Positions 42,053-57,200 of a stretch of DNA of 64,000 nt are shown here, piece by piece. Where the stretch lies: the NCBI RefSeq assembly GCF_009914755.1, contig NC_060940.1. One strand, written 5' to 3'. Numbering within the stretch: position 1 is the stretch's first letter; each line of letters starts with the position of its first letter. The position numbers and the translations under genes were made by a program. Source of the DNA: the human T2T-CHM13v2.0 reference genome, Homo sapiens. A model generated the notes under the pieces. It was given only the letters and a program-made list of their open reading frames with translations, had not been told where the DNA came from and did not search any database.

Positions 42053-45000
42053 TCAAGTGCATTCGATGATATCATTCGATTCCATTTGATGATAATTCCA
42101 TTTGATTCCATGCGATGATTCTATTCGATTCCATTCAATGATAATTCCATTCAGTTCAGTGATTCCTCTGGACTCCATTTGATGATGATTCCATTCAATG
42201 ATTCCATTCGATTCTATTCGAAAATGATTCCATTTGAATCCATTTGATGATGATTCCATTAGATTCCATTTGATGATTCCATTCGATTCCATGTGACGAT
42301 GATTCCATTCGATTCCATGTGATGATTCCATTCTATTCTATTCGATGATGATTCCATTCGATTCCATTCGATGATGATTGGATTCGATTCCATTTGATGA
42401 TTTCATTTGATTCCATTCGTTAATGATTTCGATCAATTCCATTCGATGATTCCATTCGATTCCATTCGATAATGATTACATCCGTGTCCATTCAGTGATT
42501 CCATTTGAGCCTGTTCGATAATTCCATTTGAGTCCAACCAATGATTCCATTCATTTCCCTTCCATGATTCCATTCGAGTCCATTTGATCATTCCGGTAGG
42601 GTCCATTCGATGTTGATTCCATTGGAGTGCATTCGATGATTCCATTCGAGTCCATTTTATGATTTGATTCGAGTTCTTTCGATGATTCCATTCGATTCCA
42701 CTCGATGATGATTTCATTCGAGTCCATTCGACACTTCCAATCGATTCCATTTGATGTTTCCATTCGAGTCCAATTGATGATTCCATTCAATTCCATTCGA
42801 TGATGATTCCGTACGATTCCATTCTGTGATGATTCCATGTGATTGCATTCAATGATGATTCCTTTAGATTGCATTCGATTGTGATTCATTTCGTCTTCAT
42901 TCTATGGTTCCACAGGTTTCCATTCGTGTCCATTCCATTATTCCATTCTATTCCATTTGATGATGATTCCATTCGATTCCATTCATTGGTGATTCCACTC
43001 AATTCCATTCAATGATTCCATTCCATTTCTTTCAACAATGATTCCATTAGTTTCTAATCGATGATCCACTTGATTCCATTTGACGACGATTCCATTCTTG
43101 TCCATTCGATGATTCCATTTGATTCCATATGATGATGATTCCATTCGATTCCATACGATGATGATTCCATTCGAGTCCATTCAATGGTGATTCCATTCAA
43201 TTCCATTCGATGATTCCTTTCGATTCCATTCGATGATGATGGCATTCGATTCCTTTCAATCATTCCCTTTGATTCCATTCAAAGGTGATTTCATTCAAGT
43301 CCATTCGATAATTGCATTCGATTCCATTCTATGATGATTCCATTCGAGTCCATTTGATGATTCCATTCAATTCAAGTCAATGATGATTCCATTCGATTCC
43401 ATTCGATGATTCCATTGGATTCCATTCGATGATGATTCCATTCAAATCCATTCGATAATTCAATTCAAGTCCATTCGATGATGATTAAAATCGAATCCAT
43501 TCAAAGATTCCATTCAGTTCCATTCGATGATTCCCTTAGATTCCATTCGATGATTCCACTTGATTTCATTTACGATGATTCCATTCGATTCCATGTGATG
43601 ATTCCATTCAATTCTATTCAATGCTGTTTCCATTTCTTTCCATTCGACCATGATTGCCTTTGATTCCATTCAATGACTCCATTCGGTTCCTTTTGATGAT
43701 GATTCCGTTCGATTCCATTTCATTATTCCATTTGATTCCATTGGATGAGTCCATTCGATTACATTCGATGATTATTCCATTCGAGTGCATTAGATGATTC
43801 CATTCGAGTCCATTCGATGATTCCATTCGATTCCATTCGATGTTGATTCTGTTCAAATCCATTCGATGATTCCACTCGATTCCATTCGATGACTCCAGTT
43901 GATCCCATTCGATGATTTCCTTTGATTCCCTTTGATGATCATTTCGTTTGATTCAATTCGGTGATTTCATTTGATTCCATTCAGTGATGTTTCCATTCGA
44001 CTCCATTCGATGATGATTCCATTCGACTCCATTCGATGATGATTCCATTCGACTCCATTCGATTATGATTTCATTCAATTCCATTCGATAATGATTCCCT
44101 TCGAGTCCATTCGATGATTCCATTCGATTCCATTCAACGATGATTTGATTCGTGTCCATTCGATGATTCCATTTGATTCCACTTGATGATGATTCCATTC
44201 GAGTCCATTTGATGATTCCATTCAATTCCATTCTCCGATGATTTCTTTTGAGCCCACTCAATGCTTCCACTCGATTCCATATGATGATGACTCCATTCGA
44301 TGAAATTCGATGATGATTCCATTCGCTTGCATTCGATGATGATTCCACTTGAGTCCATTAGAAGATTCTATTCAATTACATTCCATGACGATTCCGTTCG
44401 AGTCCATTTGATGATTCCATTAGACTCCATTCGACGATGATTCCATTCGATGTTATTCGATGATTCCATTCGATCTCATTCGATGATGATTCCATTCAAC
44501 TCCATTCGATGTTTCCATTCGAGTTCATTCTATTATTCCATTAGATTCCATTCGATGATGATTCCATTCGATTCCATTTGATGATTGCATTCTATTTCAT
44601 TTGATGATGATTCCATTCGAGTCCACTCGATGATTCCATTCGAGTCCATTTAATGAATCCATTGGTTTCAATTCTATGATGATTACATTGGATTCCATTC
44701 GTTGATGATTTCATTCGGTTCCATTCAATGATGATTCCATTCAATTCCTTTCAATGTTTCCATTCAATTCCATACGATGATGATTCCATTTGATTTGATT
44801 CGACAGTGAGCCATTCGATTCAATTCCATGATGATTCTATTTGATTCCATTGGTTGACATTTCCATTCGATTCCATTCGATGATGATTCCCTTTGATTCC
44901 ATTCAAAGATGATTCCATTCTAGCCCATTCAATCATTCCATTCGATTCTATTCAATGATGATTCCATTCATGTCGATTTGGTGATTCCATTTGACTTCAT

Positions 45001-48000
45001 TTGATGATGATTCCTTTCAAGTTCATTAGATGATTCCATTCGATTCCATTTGATGATGATCCCATTCGAGTCCATTCAGTGATTCCACTCGTTTCCATTC
45101 CATGATGATTCCATTCCATTCCATTCAATGATTCCATTCGATTCCGTTTGATGATGATTTCATTCGAGTCCATTTGATGATTCCATTTGATTCCATTCGA
45201 TGATGATTCCATTCGAGTCCATTCGATGATTCTATTCGAATCCATTTGATGATTTCTTTTGATTATATTTGGTGATGATTCCATTGGAGTCCATTCAATG
45301 ATTCCATTCGATTCCAATCGATGGTGATTCCATTAGAGTCCATTTAATGATTCCATTTGATTCCAGTCTCTGATGATTACATTCGAGTCCATACGATGAT
45401 TCCACTCAATTCCATATCATGATGATTCCATTCGATTCCATTCGATGATTCCATTCTATTCTATTCAATGGTGATTCCATTCGAGTACATTAGATGATTC
45501 CATTCGATTCCATTCAATGATGATTCTATTTGTGTCCCTTAGATGATTCCACATGATTCCATTAGATGATGATACTATTTGAGCCCATCCAATGATTCCC
45601 TTCGATTCCATTCGATGAGGATTCCATTCGATTCAATTCATTGGTGATTCTATTCAATTCAATTCTTTGATTCCATTCCATTCCATTCGACAATGATTCC
45701 ATTCGATTTCTTTCGATGATTCCACTCGATTCCACTTGACATTGATTCCCTTCGATTCCATTCAATGATTCCATTTGATTCCAGTGGATGATGATTGCCA
45801 TCGATTCCATTTGATCACTCCATTCTATTCCACTTGATGATGATTACATTCGATTCCATTTGACGATTCCATCTGATTCTATTCGAGGATTCCATTTGAT
45901 TCCATTCGATGATGATTCCATTCGAGTCCATTCGATGATATCATTCGAGTACATCCAATGATTCCATTCGAGTCCATTTGATGATTCCATTTGATTCCAT
46001 TTGATAATGATTCTACTAGAGTCCATTCAATGACTCCATTGGAGTCCATTCAACAATTCCATTCGACTCCATTTGATGATTCCATTGGATTCCATTTGAT
46101 GATTCCATTCGAGTCCATTTAATCATTACAGTCGAGTCCATTTGGTGATTCCACCGGCTTTCTTTTGATAATGATACCATTCAATTACATTTGATGATGA
46201 TCCCATTCAATTTCATTTGATGATGATTCCATTAGAGTCCATTCGATGATTTCATTCGAGTCCCTTCATTGATTCCATCCGATTTCATTGGATGATGACT
46301 CCATTCGAGTCCATTCGATGATTCCACTCGATTCCATTAGATGATTCCATTGGAGTCCATTTGATTGTTCCATTCGATTCCATTCGATTCCTTTCGAAGA
46401 TTATTCCATTTGAGTCCATTCGATGATGATTCCATTCCATTCCATTCGATGATTCCGTTTGATTCCATTCGATGATTCCCTTCCATTCCTTTCTTTGATG
46501 ATTCCATTCCATTCCATTCAATGATTCCATTCGAATCTATTCCATGATGATTCCTTTCGATTCCATTCGCTGATGTTTCCGTTCAATTCCATTCGATGAT
46601 GATTCCATTCGATTCCATTCATTGAGGATTCCATTTGATTCCATTCAATGATGATTCCGTTCTATTCCATTCAATGATTGCATTCAATTCCATTCAGTGA
46701 TTATCCCCTTAGAGTAAACTCAACGATTCCATTCAATACCATTCGATGATGATTCCTTTTGAGTCCATTCAATGATTTCATTCAAGTCCATTTGATGATT
46801 CCTTTCAATTCCATTCTATGATGATTCCATTCGAGTCCATTCGATGATTCCATTCGATTGCATTCGATTATTCCATTATATTCCAGTCAACGATGATTCC
46901 ATTCGAGTCCATTCGATGATTCCATTAGAGTACATTTAATGATTGCTTTGTTTTCAATTCGAAGATGATTACATTGGATTCCATTCTATGATACCATTCG
47001 ATTCCATTCAATGATGATTCCACTCAAATCCATTGGATGATTCCATTCGTGTCCATTCGGTGATTTCATTAGATTCCATTCGAGGATGATTCCATTCGAT
47101 TCCATTCGATGATTCCATTCAATTCCATTCGAGGATGATTCCATTCCAGTCCATATGATCATTCCATTTGATTTCATTCGATGATGATTCCATTCGATTC
47201 CATTCGATGATTCCATTCTATTCCATTCGATGATGATTCCATTCGAGTCCATTCGATGATTCCATTCGAGTCCATTTAATGATTCCATTGGGTTCAATTC
47301 AATGATGATTACATTGGATTCCGTTCTATGATTCCATTCAATTCCGTTCATTGACAATTTGATTCCATTCGATGATGATTCCATTTGAGTTCATTCGATG
47401 ATTCTATTCGATTCTCTTCGATGGTGATTCAATTCTATTATATTGGATGATTCCATTCGATTCCATTTGATGTTGATTCAATTCGATTCTATTCGATGAT
47501 GATTCCATTGGATTTCACTTGATGATTCTATTCGATTCCATTCAATGATGATTCACTTCTCGTCCATTGGATGATTCCATTTCATTCCATTCGATGATGA
47601 TTCCATTCGATTCCATTCGATGATTCCATTTGATTCCATGCGTCGGTGAGCAATTCGATTCAATTCCATGATGATTCTATTTGATTCAATTAGATGATGT
47701 TTCCATTCGAATCCATTCCATGATTATTCCATTGGAATCCATTCGGCGATGATTCCATATGAGTCAATTCAATGATGATTCCATATGGGTCCGTTCGATG
47801 ATAATTCCATTTGATTTCATTCGGTGCTTCTATTCAATTCCAGTCGATGATGATTCCGTTGGAGTCCATACGATGATTCCATTTGATTTCATTTGATGAT
47901 GATTCCATTCGATGATGATTACATTGGATTCCATTCTATGATTCCATTCAATTCCATTCGTTGATGATTCGATTCCATTAAATGATGATTCCATTTGAGT

Positions 48001-48190
48001 TCATTCGATGATTCTATTCCATTCCGTTCGATGGTGATTCAATTCTCTTATATTGGATGAATCCACTCGATTCCATTTGATGATTATTCCATTGGAGTCC
48101 ACTTAGTGAATCCTTCAGATTCTACTCGAAGATGATTCCATTCAAGTCCATTCGATGATACCATTCAATTCCATTCGTTGATGCTTCCAT
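42053..48190 (+). repeat. Unit 8, type B, 6,138 bp (near-identical to unit 7)
   Basis: Same 26-bp duplication at 44012-44063. ORF landmarks recur at exactly +6138 with almost identical translations. Confidence 0.9.
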
Positions 48191-51100
48191 TCAAGTGCAT
48201 TCGATGATATCATTCGATTCCATTTGATGATAATTCCATTTGATTCCATGCGATGATTCTATTCGATTCCATTCAATGATAATTCCATTCAGTTCAGTGA
48301 TTCCTCTGGACTCCATTTGATGATGATTCCATTCAATGATTCCATTCGATTCTATTCGAAAGTGATTCCATTTGAATCCATTTGATGATGATTCCATTAG
48401 ATTCCATTTGATGATTCCATTCGATTCCATGCGACGATGATTCCATTCGATTCCATGTGATGATTCCATTCTATTCTATTCGATGATGATTCCATTCGAT
48501 TCCATTCGATGATGATTGGATTCGATTCCATTTGATGATATCATTTGATTCCATTCGTTAATGATTTCGATCAATTCCATTCGATGATTCCATTCGATTC
48601 CATTCGATAATGATTACATCCGTGTCCATTCAGTGATTCCATTTGAGCCTGTTCGATAACTCCATTTGAGTCCAACCAATGATTCCATTCATTTCCATTC
48701 AATGATTCCATTCGAGTCCATTTGATCATTCCGGTAGGGTCCATTCGATGTTGATTCCATTGGAGTGCATTCGATGATTCCATTCGAGTCCATTTTACGA
48801 TTTGATTCGAGTCCTTTCGATGATTCCATTCGATTCCACTCGATGATGATTTCATTCGAGTCCATTCGACACTTCCAATCGATTCCATTTGATGTTTCCA
48901 TTCGAGTCCAATTGATGATTCCATTCAATTCCATTCGATGATGATTCCGTAGGATTCCATTCTGTGATGATTCCATGTGATTGCATTCAATGATGATTCC
49001 TTTAGATTGCATTCGATTGTGATTCATTTCGTCTTCACTCTATCGTTCCACAGGTTTCCATTCGTGTCCATTCCATTATTCCATTCTATTCCATTTGATG
49101 ATGATTCCATTCGATTCCATTCATTGGTGATTCCACTCAATTCCATTCAATGATTCCATTCCATTTCTTTCAACAATGATTCCATTAGTTTCTAATCGAT
49201 GATCCACTTGATTCCATTTGACGACGATTCCATTCTTGTCCATTCGATGATTCCATTTGATTCCATATGATGATGATTCCATTCGATTCCATACGATGAT
49301 GATTCCATTCGAGTCCATTCAATGGTGATTCCATTCAATTCCATTCGATGATTCCTTTCGATTCCATTCGATGATGATGGCATTCGATTCCTTTCAATCA
49401 TTCCCTTTGATTCCATTCAAAGGTGATTTCATTCAAGTCCATTCGATAATTGCATTCGATTCCATTCTATGATGATTCCATTCGAGTCCATTTGATGATT
49501 CCATTCAATTCAAGTCAATGATGATTCCATTCGATTCCATTCGATGATTCCATTGGATTCCATTCGATGATGATTCCATTCAAATCCATTCGATAATTCA
49601 ATTCAAGTCCATTCGATGATGATTAAAATCGAATCCATTCAAAGATTCCATTCAGTTCCATTCGATGATTCCCTTAGATTCCATTCGATGATTCCACTTG
49701 ATTTCATTTACGATGATTCCATTCGATTCCATGTGATGATTCCATTCAATTCTATTCAATGCTGTTTCCATTTGATTCCATTCGACCATGATTGCCTTTG
49801 ATTCCATTCAATGACTCCATTCGGTTCCTTTTGATGATGATTCCGTTCGATTCCATTTCATTATTCCATTTGATTCCATTGGATGAGTCCATTCGATTAC
49901 ATTCGATGATTATTCCATTCGAGTGCATTAGATGATTCCATTCGAGTCCATTCGATGATTCCATTCGATTCCATTCGATGTTGATTCTGTTCAAATCCAT
50001 TCGATGATTCCACTCGATTCCATTCGATGACTCCAGTTGATCCCATTCGATGATTTCCTTTGATTCCCTTTGATGATCATTCCATTTGATTCAATTCGGT
50101 GATTTCATTTGATTCCATTCAGTGATGTTTCCATTCGACTCCATTCGATGATGATTCCATTCGACTCCATTCGATTATGATTTCATTCAATTCCATTCGA
50201 TAATGATTCCCTTTGAGTCCATTCGATGATTCCATTCGATTCCATTCAACGATGATTTGATTCGTGTCCATTCGATGATTCCATTTGATTCCACTTGATG
50301 ATGATTCCATTCGAGTCCATTTGATGATTCCATTCAATTCCATTCTCCGATGATTTCTTTTGAGCCCACTCAATGCTTCCACTCGATTCCATATGATGAT
50401 GACTCCATTCGATGAAATTCGATGATGATTCCATTCGCTTGCATTCGATGATGATTCCACTTGAGTCCATTAGAAGATTCTATTCAATTACATTCCATGA
50501 CGATTCCGTTCGAGTCCATTTGATGATTCCATTAGACTCCATTCGACGATGATTCCATTCGATGTTATTCGATGATTCCATTCAATCTCATTCGATGATG
50601 ATTCCATTCAACTCCATTCGATGTTTCCATTCGAGTTCATTCTATTATTCCATTAGATTCCATTCGATGATGATTCCATTCGATTCCATTTGATGATTGC
50701 ATTCTATTTCATTTGATGATGATTCCATTCGAGTCCACTCGATGATTCCATTCGAGTCCATTTAATGAATCCATTGGTTTCAATTCTATGATGATTACAT
50801 TGGATTCCATTCGTTGATGATTTCATTCGGTTCCATTCAATGATGATTCCATTCAATTCCTTTCAATGTTTCCATTCAATTCCATACGATGATGATTCCA
50901 TTTGATTTGATTCGACAGGGAGCCATTCGATTCAATTCCATGATGATTCTATTTGATTCCATTGGTTGACATTTCCATTCGATTCCATTCGATGATGATT
51001 CCCTTTGATTCCATTCAAAGATGATTCCATTCTAGCCCATTCAATCATTCCATTCGATTCTATTCAATGATGATTCCATTCATGTCGATTTGGTGATTCC

Positions 51101-54100
51101 ATTTGACTTCATTTGATGATGATTCCTTTCAAGTTCATTAGATGATTCCATTCGATTCCATTTGATGATGATCCCATTCGAGTCCATTCAGTGATTCCAC
51201 TCGTTTCCATTCCATGATGATTCCATTCCATTCCATTCAATGATTCCATTCGATTCCGTTTGATGATGATTTCATTCGAGTCCATTTGATGATTCCATTT
51301 GATTCCATTCGATGATGATTCCATTCGAGTCCATTCGATGATTCTATTCGAATCCATTTGATGATTTCTTTTGATTATAGTTGGTGATGATTCCATTGGA
51401 GTCCATTCAATGATTCCATTTGATTCCAGTCTCTGATGATTACATTCGAGTCCATACGATGATTCCACTCAATTCCATATGATGATGATTCCATTCGATT
51501 CCATTCGGTGATTCCATTCTATTCTATTCAATGGTGATTCCATTCGAGTACATTAGATGATTCCATTCGATTCCATTCAATGATGATTCTATTTGTGTCC
51601 CTTAGATGATTCCACATGATTCCATTAGATGATGATACTATTTGAGCCCATCCAATGATACCCTTCGATATCATTCGATGAGGATTCCATTCGATTCAAT
51701 TCATTGGTGATTCTATTCAATTCAATTCTTTGATTCCATTCCATTCCATTCGACAATGATTCCATTCGATTTCTTTCGATGATTCCACTCGATTCCACTT
51801 GACATTGATTCCCTTCGATTCCATTCAATGATTCCATTTGATTCCAGTGGATGATGATTGCCATCGATTCCATTCGATCACTCCATTCTATTCCATTTGA
51901 TGGTGATTACATTCGATTCCATTTGACGATTCCATCTGATTCTATTCGAGGATTCCATTTGATTCCATTCGATGATGATTCCATTCGAGTCCATTCGATG
52001 ATTTCATTCGAGTACATCCAATGATTCCATTCGAGTCCATTTGATGATTCCATTTGATTCCATTTGATAATGATTCTACTAGAGTCCATTCAATGACTCC
52101 ATTCGAGTCCATTCAACAATTCCATTCGACTCCATTTGATGATTCCATTGGATTCCATTTGATGATTCCATTCGAGTCCATTTAATCATTACAGTCGAGT
52201 CCATTTGGTGATTCCACCGGATTTCTTTTGATAATGATACCATTCAATTACATTTGATGATGATCCCATTCAATTTCATTTGATGATGATTCCATTAGAG
52301 TCCATTCGATGATTTCATTCGAGTCCCTTCATTGATTCCATCCGATTTCATTGGATGATGACTCCATTCGAGTCCATTCGATGATTCCACTCGATTCCAT
52401 TAGATGATTCCATTGGAGTCCATTTCATTGTTCCATTCGATTCCATTCGATTCCTTTCGAAGATTATTCCATTTGAGTCCATTCGATGATGATTCCATTC
52501 CATTCCATTCGATGATTCCGTTTGATTCCATTCGATGATTCCCTTCGATTCCTTTCTTTGATGATTCCATTCCATTCCATTCAATGATTCCATTCGAATC
52601 TATTCCATGATGATTCCTTTCGATTCCATTCGCTGATGTTTCCGTTCAATTCCATTCGATGATGATTCCATTCGATTCCATTCATTGAGGATTCCATTTG
52701 ATTCCATTTAATGATGATTCCGTTCTATTCCATTCAATGATTGCATTCAATTCCATTCAATGATTATCCCCTTAGAGTAAACTCAACGATTCCATTCAAT
52801 ACCATTCGATGATGATTCCTTTTGAGTCCATTCAATGATTTCATTCAAGTCCATTTGATGATTCCTTTCAATTCCATTCTATGATGATTCCATTCGAGTC
52901 CATTCGATGATTCCATTCGATTGCATTCGATTATTCCATTATATTCCAGTCAACGATGATTCCATTCGAGCCCATTCGATGATTCCATTAGAGTACATTT
53001 AATGATTGCTTTGTTTTCAATTCGAAGATGATTACATTGGATTCCATTCTATGATACCATTCGATTCCATTCAATGATGATTCCACTCAAATCCATTGGA
53101 TGATTCCATTCGTGTCCATTCGGTGATTTCATTAGATTCCATTCGAGGATGATTCCATTCGATTCCATTCGATGATTCCATTCAATTCCATTCGAGGATG
53201 ATTCCATTCCAGTCCATATGATCATTCCATTTGATTTCATTCGATGATGATTCCATTCGATTCCATTCGATGATTCCATTCTATTCCATTCGATGATGAT
53301 TCCATTCGAGTCCATTCGATGATTCCATTCGAGTCCATTTAATGATTCCATTGGGTTCAATTCAATGATGATTACATTGGATTCCGTTCTATGATTCCAT
53401 TCAATTCCGTTCATTGACAATTTGATTCCATTCGATGATGATTCCATTTGAGTTCATTCGATGATTCTATTCGATTCTCTTCGATGGTGATTCAATTCTA
53501 TTATATTGGATGATTCCATTCGATTCCATTTGATGTTGATTCAATTCGATTCTATTCGATGATGATTCCATTGGATTTCACTTGATGATTCTATTCGATT
53601 CCATTCAATGATGATTCACTTCTCGTCCATTGGATGATTCCATTTCATTCCATTCGATGATGATTCCATTCGATTCCATTCGATGATTCCATTTGATTCC
53701 ATGCGACGGTGAGCAATTCGATTCAATTCCATGATGATTCTATTTGATTCAATTAGATGATGTTTCCATTCGAATCCATTCCATGATTATTCCATTGGAA
53801 TCCATTTGGCGATGATTCCATATGAGTCAATTCAATGATGATTCCATATGGGTCCGTTCGATGATAATTCCATTTGATTTCATTCGATGCTTCTATTCTA
53901 TTCCAGTCGATGATGATTCCGTTGGAGTCCATACGATGATTCCATTTGATTTCATTTGATGATGATTCCATTCGATGATGATTACATTGGATTCCATTCT
54001 ATGATTCCATTCAATTCCATTCGTTGATGATTCGATTCCATTCAATGATGATTCCATTTGAGTTCATTCGATTATTCTATTCGATTCCGTTCGATGGTGA

Positions 54101-54253
54101 TTCAATTCTCTTATATTGGATGATTCCCCTCGATTCCATTTGATGATTATTCCATTGGAGTCCACTTAGTGAATCCTTTAGATTCTACTCGAAGATGATT
54201 CCATTCGAGTCCATTCAATGATACCATTCAATTTCATTCGTTGATGCTTCCAT
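48191..54253 (+). repeat. Unit 9, type B with an A-like 3' end, 6,063 bp (49-bp deletion near 51410)
   Basis: Lacks the TTCCAATCGAT(G/GG)TGATTCCATTAGAGTCCATTTAATG-type segment upstream of CCAGTCTCTG. Carries B markers to ~53195 and A-type CATGCGACGG at ~53700. Confidence 0.87.
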
Positions 54254-57200
54254 TCAAGTGCATTCGATGATATCATTCGATTCCATTTGATGATAATTCC
54301 ATTTGATTCCATGCGATGATTCTATTCGATTCCATTCAATGATAATTCCATTCAATTCAGTGATTCCTCTGGACTCCATTTGATGATGATTCCATTCAAT
54401 GATTCCATTCGATTCTATTCCAAAATGATTCCATTTGAATCCATTTGATGATGATTCCATTAGATTCCATTTGATGATTCCATTCGATTCCATTTGACGA
54501 TGATTCCATTCGATTCCATTTGATGATTCCATTCTATTCTATTCGATGATGATTCCATTCGATTCCATTTGATGATGATTGGATTCGATTCCATTTGATG
54601 ATTTCATTTGATTCCATTCGTTAATGATTTCGATCAACTCCATTCGATGATTCCATTTGATTCCATTCGATAATGATTACATCCGAGTCCATTCGATGAT
54701 TCCATTTGAGCCCGTTCGATAATTCCATTTGAGTCCAATCAATGATTCCATTCATTTCCATTCAATGATTCCATTCGAGTCCATTTGATCATTCTGGTAG
54801 GGTCCGTTCGATGTTGATTCCATTGGAGTGCATTCGATGATTCCATTCGAGTCCATTTTATGATTTGATTCGAGTCCTTTCGATGATTCCATTAGATTCC
54901 ACTCGATGCTGATTTCATTCGAGTCCATTCGACACTTCCAATCGATTCCATTTGATGTTTCCATTCGAGTCCAATTGATGATTCCATTCAATTCCATTCG
55001 ATGATGATTCCATACGATTCCATTCTGTGATGATTCCATGTGATTGCATTCAATGATGATTCCTTTCGACTGCATTCGATTATGATTCATTTCGTGTTCA
55101 TTCTATGGTTCCACAGGTTTCCATTCGATGACGTTTCCGTTCGTGTCCATTCCATTATTCCATTCTATTTCATTTGATGATGATTCCATTCGATTCCATT
55201 CATTGGTGATTCCACTCAATTCCATTCAATGATTCCATTCCATTTCTTTCAACAATAATTCCATTACTTTCTATTCGATGATCCACTTGATTCCATTTGG
55301 CGATGATTCCATTCGTGTCCATTCGATGATTCCATTTGATTCCATATGATGATGATTCCATTCGATTCCATACCATGATGATTCCATTCGAGTCCATTCA
55401 ATGGTGATTCCATTCAATTCCATTCGATGATTCCTTCCGATTCCATTCGATGATGATGGCATTCGATTCCTTTCAATCATTCCCTTTGATTCCATTCAAA
55501 GGTGATTTCATTCAAGTCCATTCGATAATTGCATTCGATTCCATTCTATGATGATTCCATTCGAGTCCATTTGATGATTGCATTCAATTCAAGTCAATGA
55601 TGATTCCATTTAATTCCACTCGATGATTCCATTGGATTCCATTCGATGATGATTCCATTCAAATCCATTCGATAATTCAATTCAAGTCCATTCGATGATG
55701 ATTCCAATCGAATCCATTCAAAGATTCCATTCAATTCCATTCGATGATGATTCCCTTAGATTCCATTCGATGATTCCACTTGATTCCATTTACGATGATT
55801 CCATTCGATTCCATGTGATGAATCCATTCAATTCTATTCAATGATGTTTCCATTTGATTCCATTGGACCATGATTGCCTTTGATTCCATTCAATGATTCC
55901 ATTCGGTTCCATTTGATGATGATTCCGTTCGATTCCATTTCATTATTCCATTTGATTCCATTGGATGAGTCCATTCGATTACATTCGATGATTATTCCAT
56001 TCGAGTGCATTAGATGATTGCATTCGAGTCCATTCGATGATTCCATTCGATTCCATTCGATGTTGATTCTGTTCAAATCCATTCGATGATTCCACTCGAT
56101 TCCATTCGATGACTCCATTTGATCCCATTCGATGATTTCCTGTGATTCCCTTTGATGATCATTCTATTTGATTCAATTCGGTGATTTCATTTCATTCCAT
56201 TCAGTGATGTTTCCATTCGACTGTATTCGATGATGATTCCATTCGACTCCATTCGATTATGATTTCATTCAATTCCATTCAATAATGATTCCCTTCGAGT
56301 CCATTCGATGATTCCATTCGATTCCATTCATCGATGATTTGATTCGTTTCCATTCGATGATTCCATTTGATTCCACTTGATGATGATTCCATTCGAGTCC
56401 ATTTGATGATTCCATTCGAGTCTATTTATGTATTATATTCGTGTCCACTTCATGATTCCATTCAATTCCATTTAATGTTGATTCCATTTGATTCCATTTG
56501 ATGATTCAGTTCGATTCCTTGCAATGATTCCCTACGATTCCTTTCTCTGATGATTCCATTCGATTCCATTCATTGATGATTTCATTCGACTCCATTCGAT
56601 GATGATTCCTTTCGATTCCATTTGACGATGTTTCCATTCGAGTCCATTCGATGATGATTCTATTCAATTCTGTTCTATTATGATTCCATTCGATTTCATT
56701 CAATGCTTCTATTTGATTCCATTCGATGATGATTCCATCTCTTTCCCTTCGATGATTCCATTTGATTCCATTCAGTGATGATTCCATTTGATTCCATCTG
56801 ATGATGATTTCACTTGATTCATTTCAATGATGATTCCATTCAAGTCCATTCGATGATTCCATTGGAGTCCAAACGATCATTCCGTTCGATTCCATTCAAT
56901 GGTGATTCCATTCATGTCCATTCGATGAATCCATTCAATTCCATTCGATGATGACTCCATTCGAGTACATTCGATGATTCCATTTGATTCCATTTGAAGA
57001 TGATTCCATTCAATTCCATTCGAAGATGATTCCATTCAATTCCATTCGATGATGATTCCGTATGAATCCATTCTCTGATTATTCCATTCGATTCCATTCA
57101 TTGACGATTCCATTCAATTCCATTCAATGATGATTCTCTTCTATTCCATTCGATGATTCCGGTCGATTCCATTCGATGATGATTCCATTAGATTCCATTC

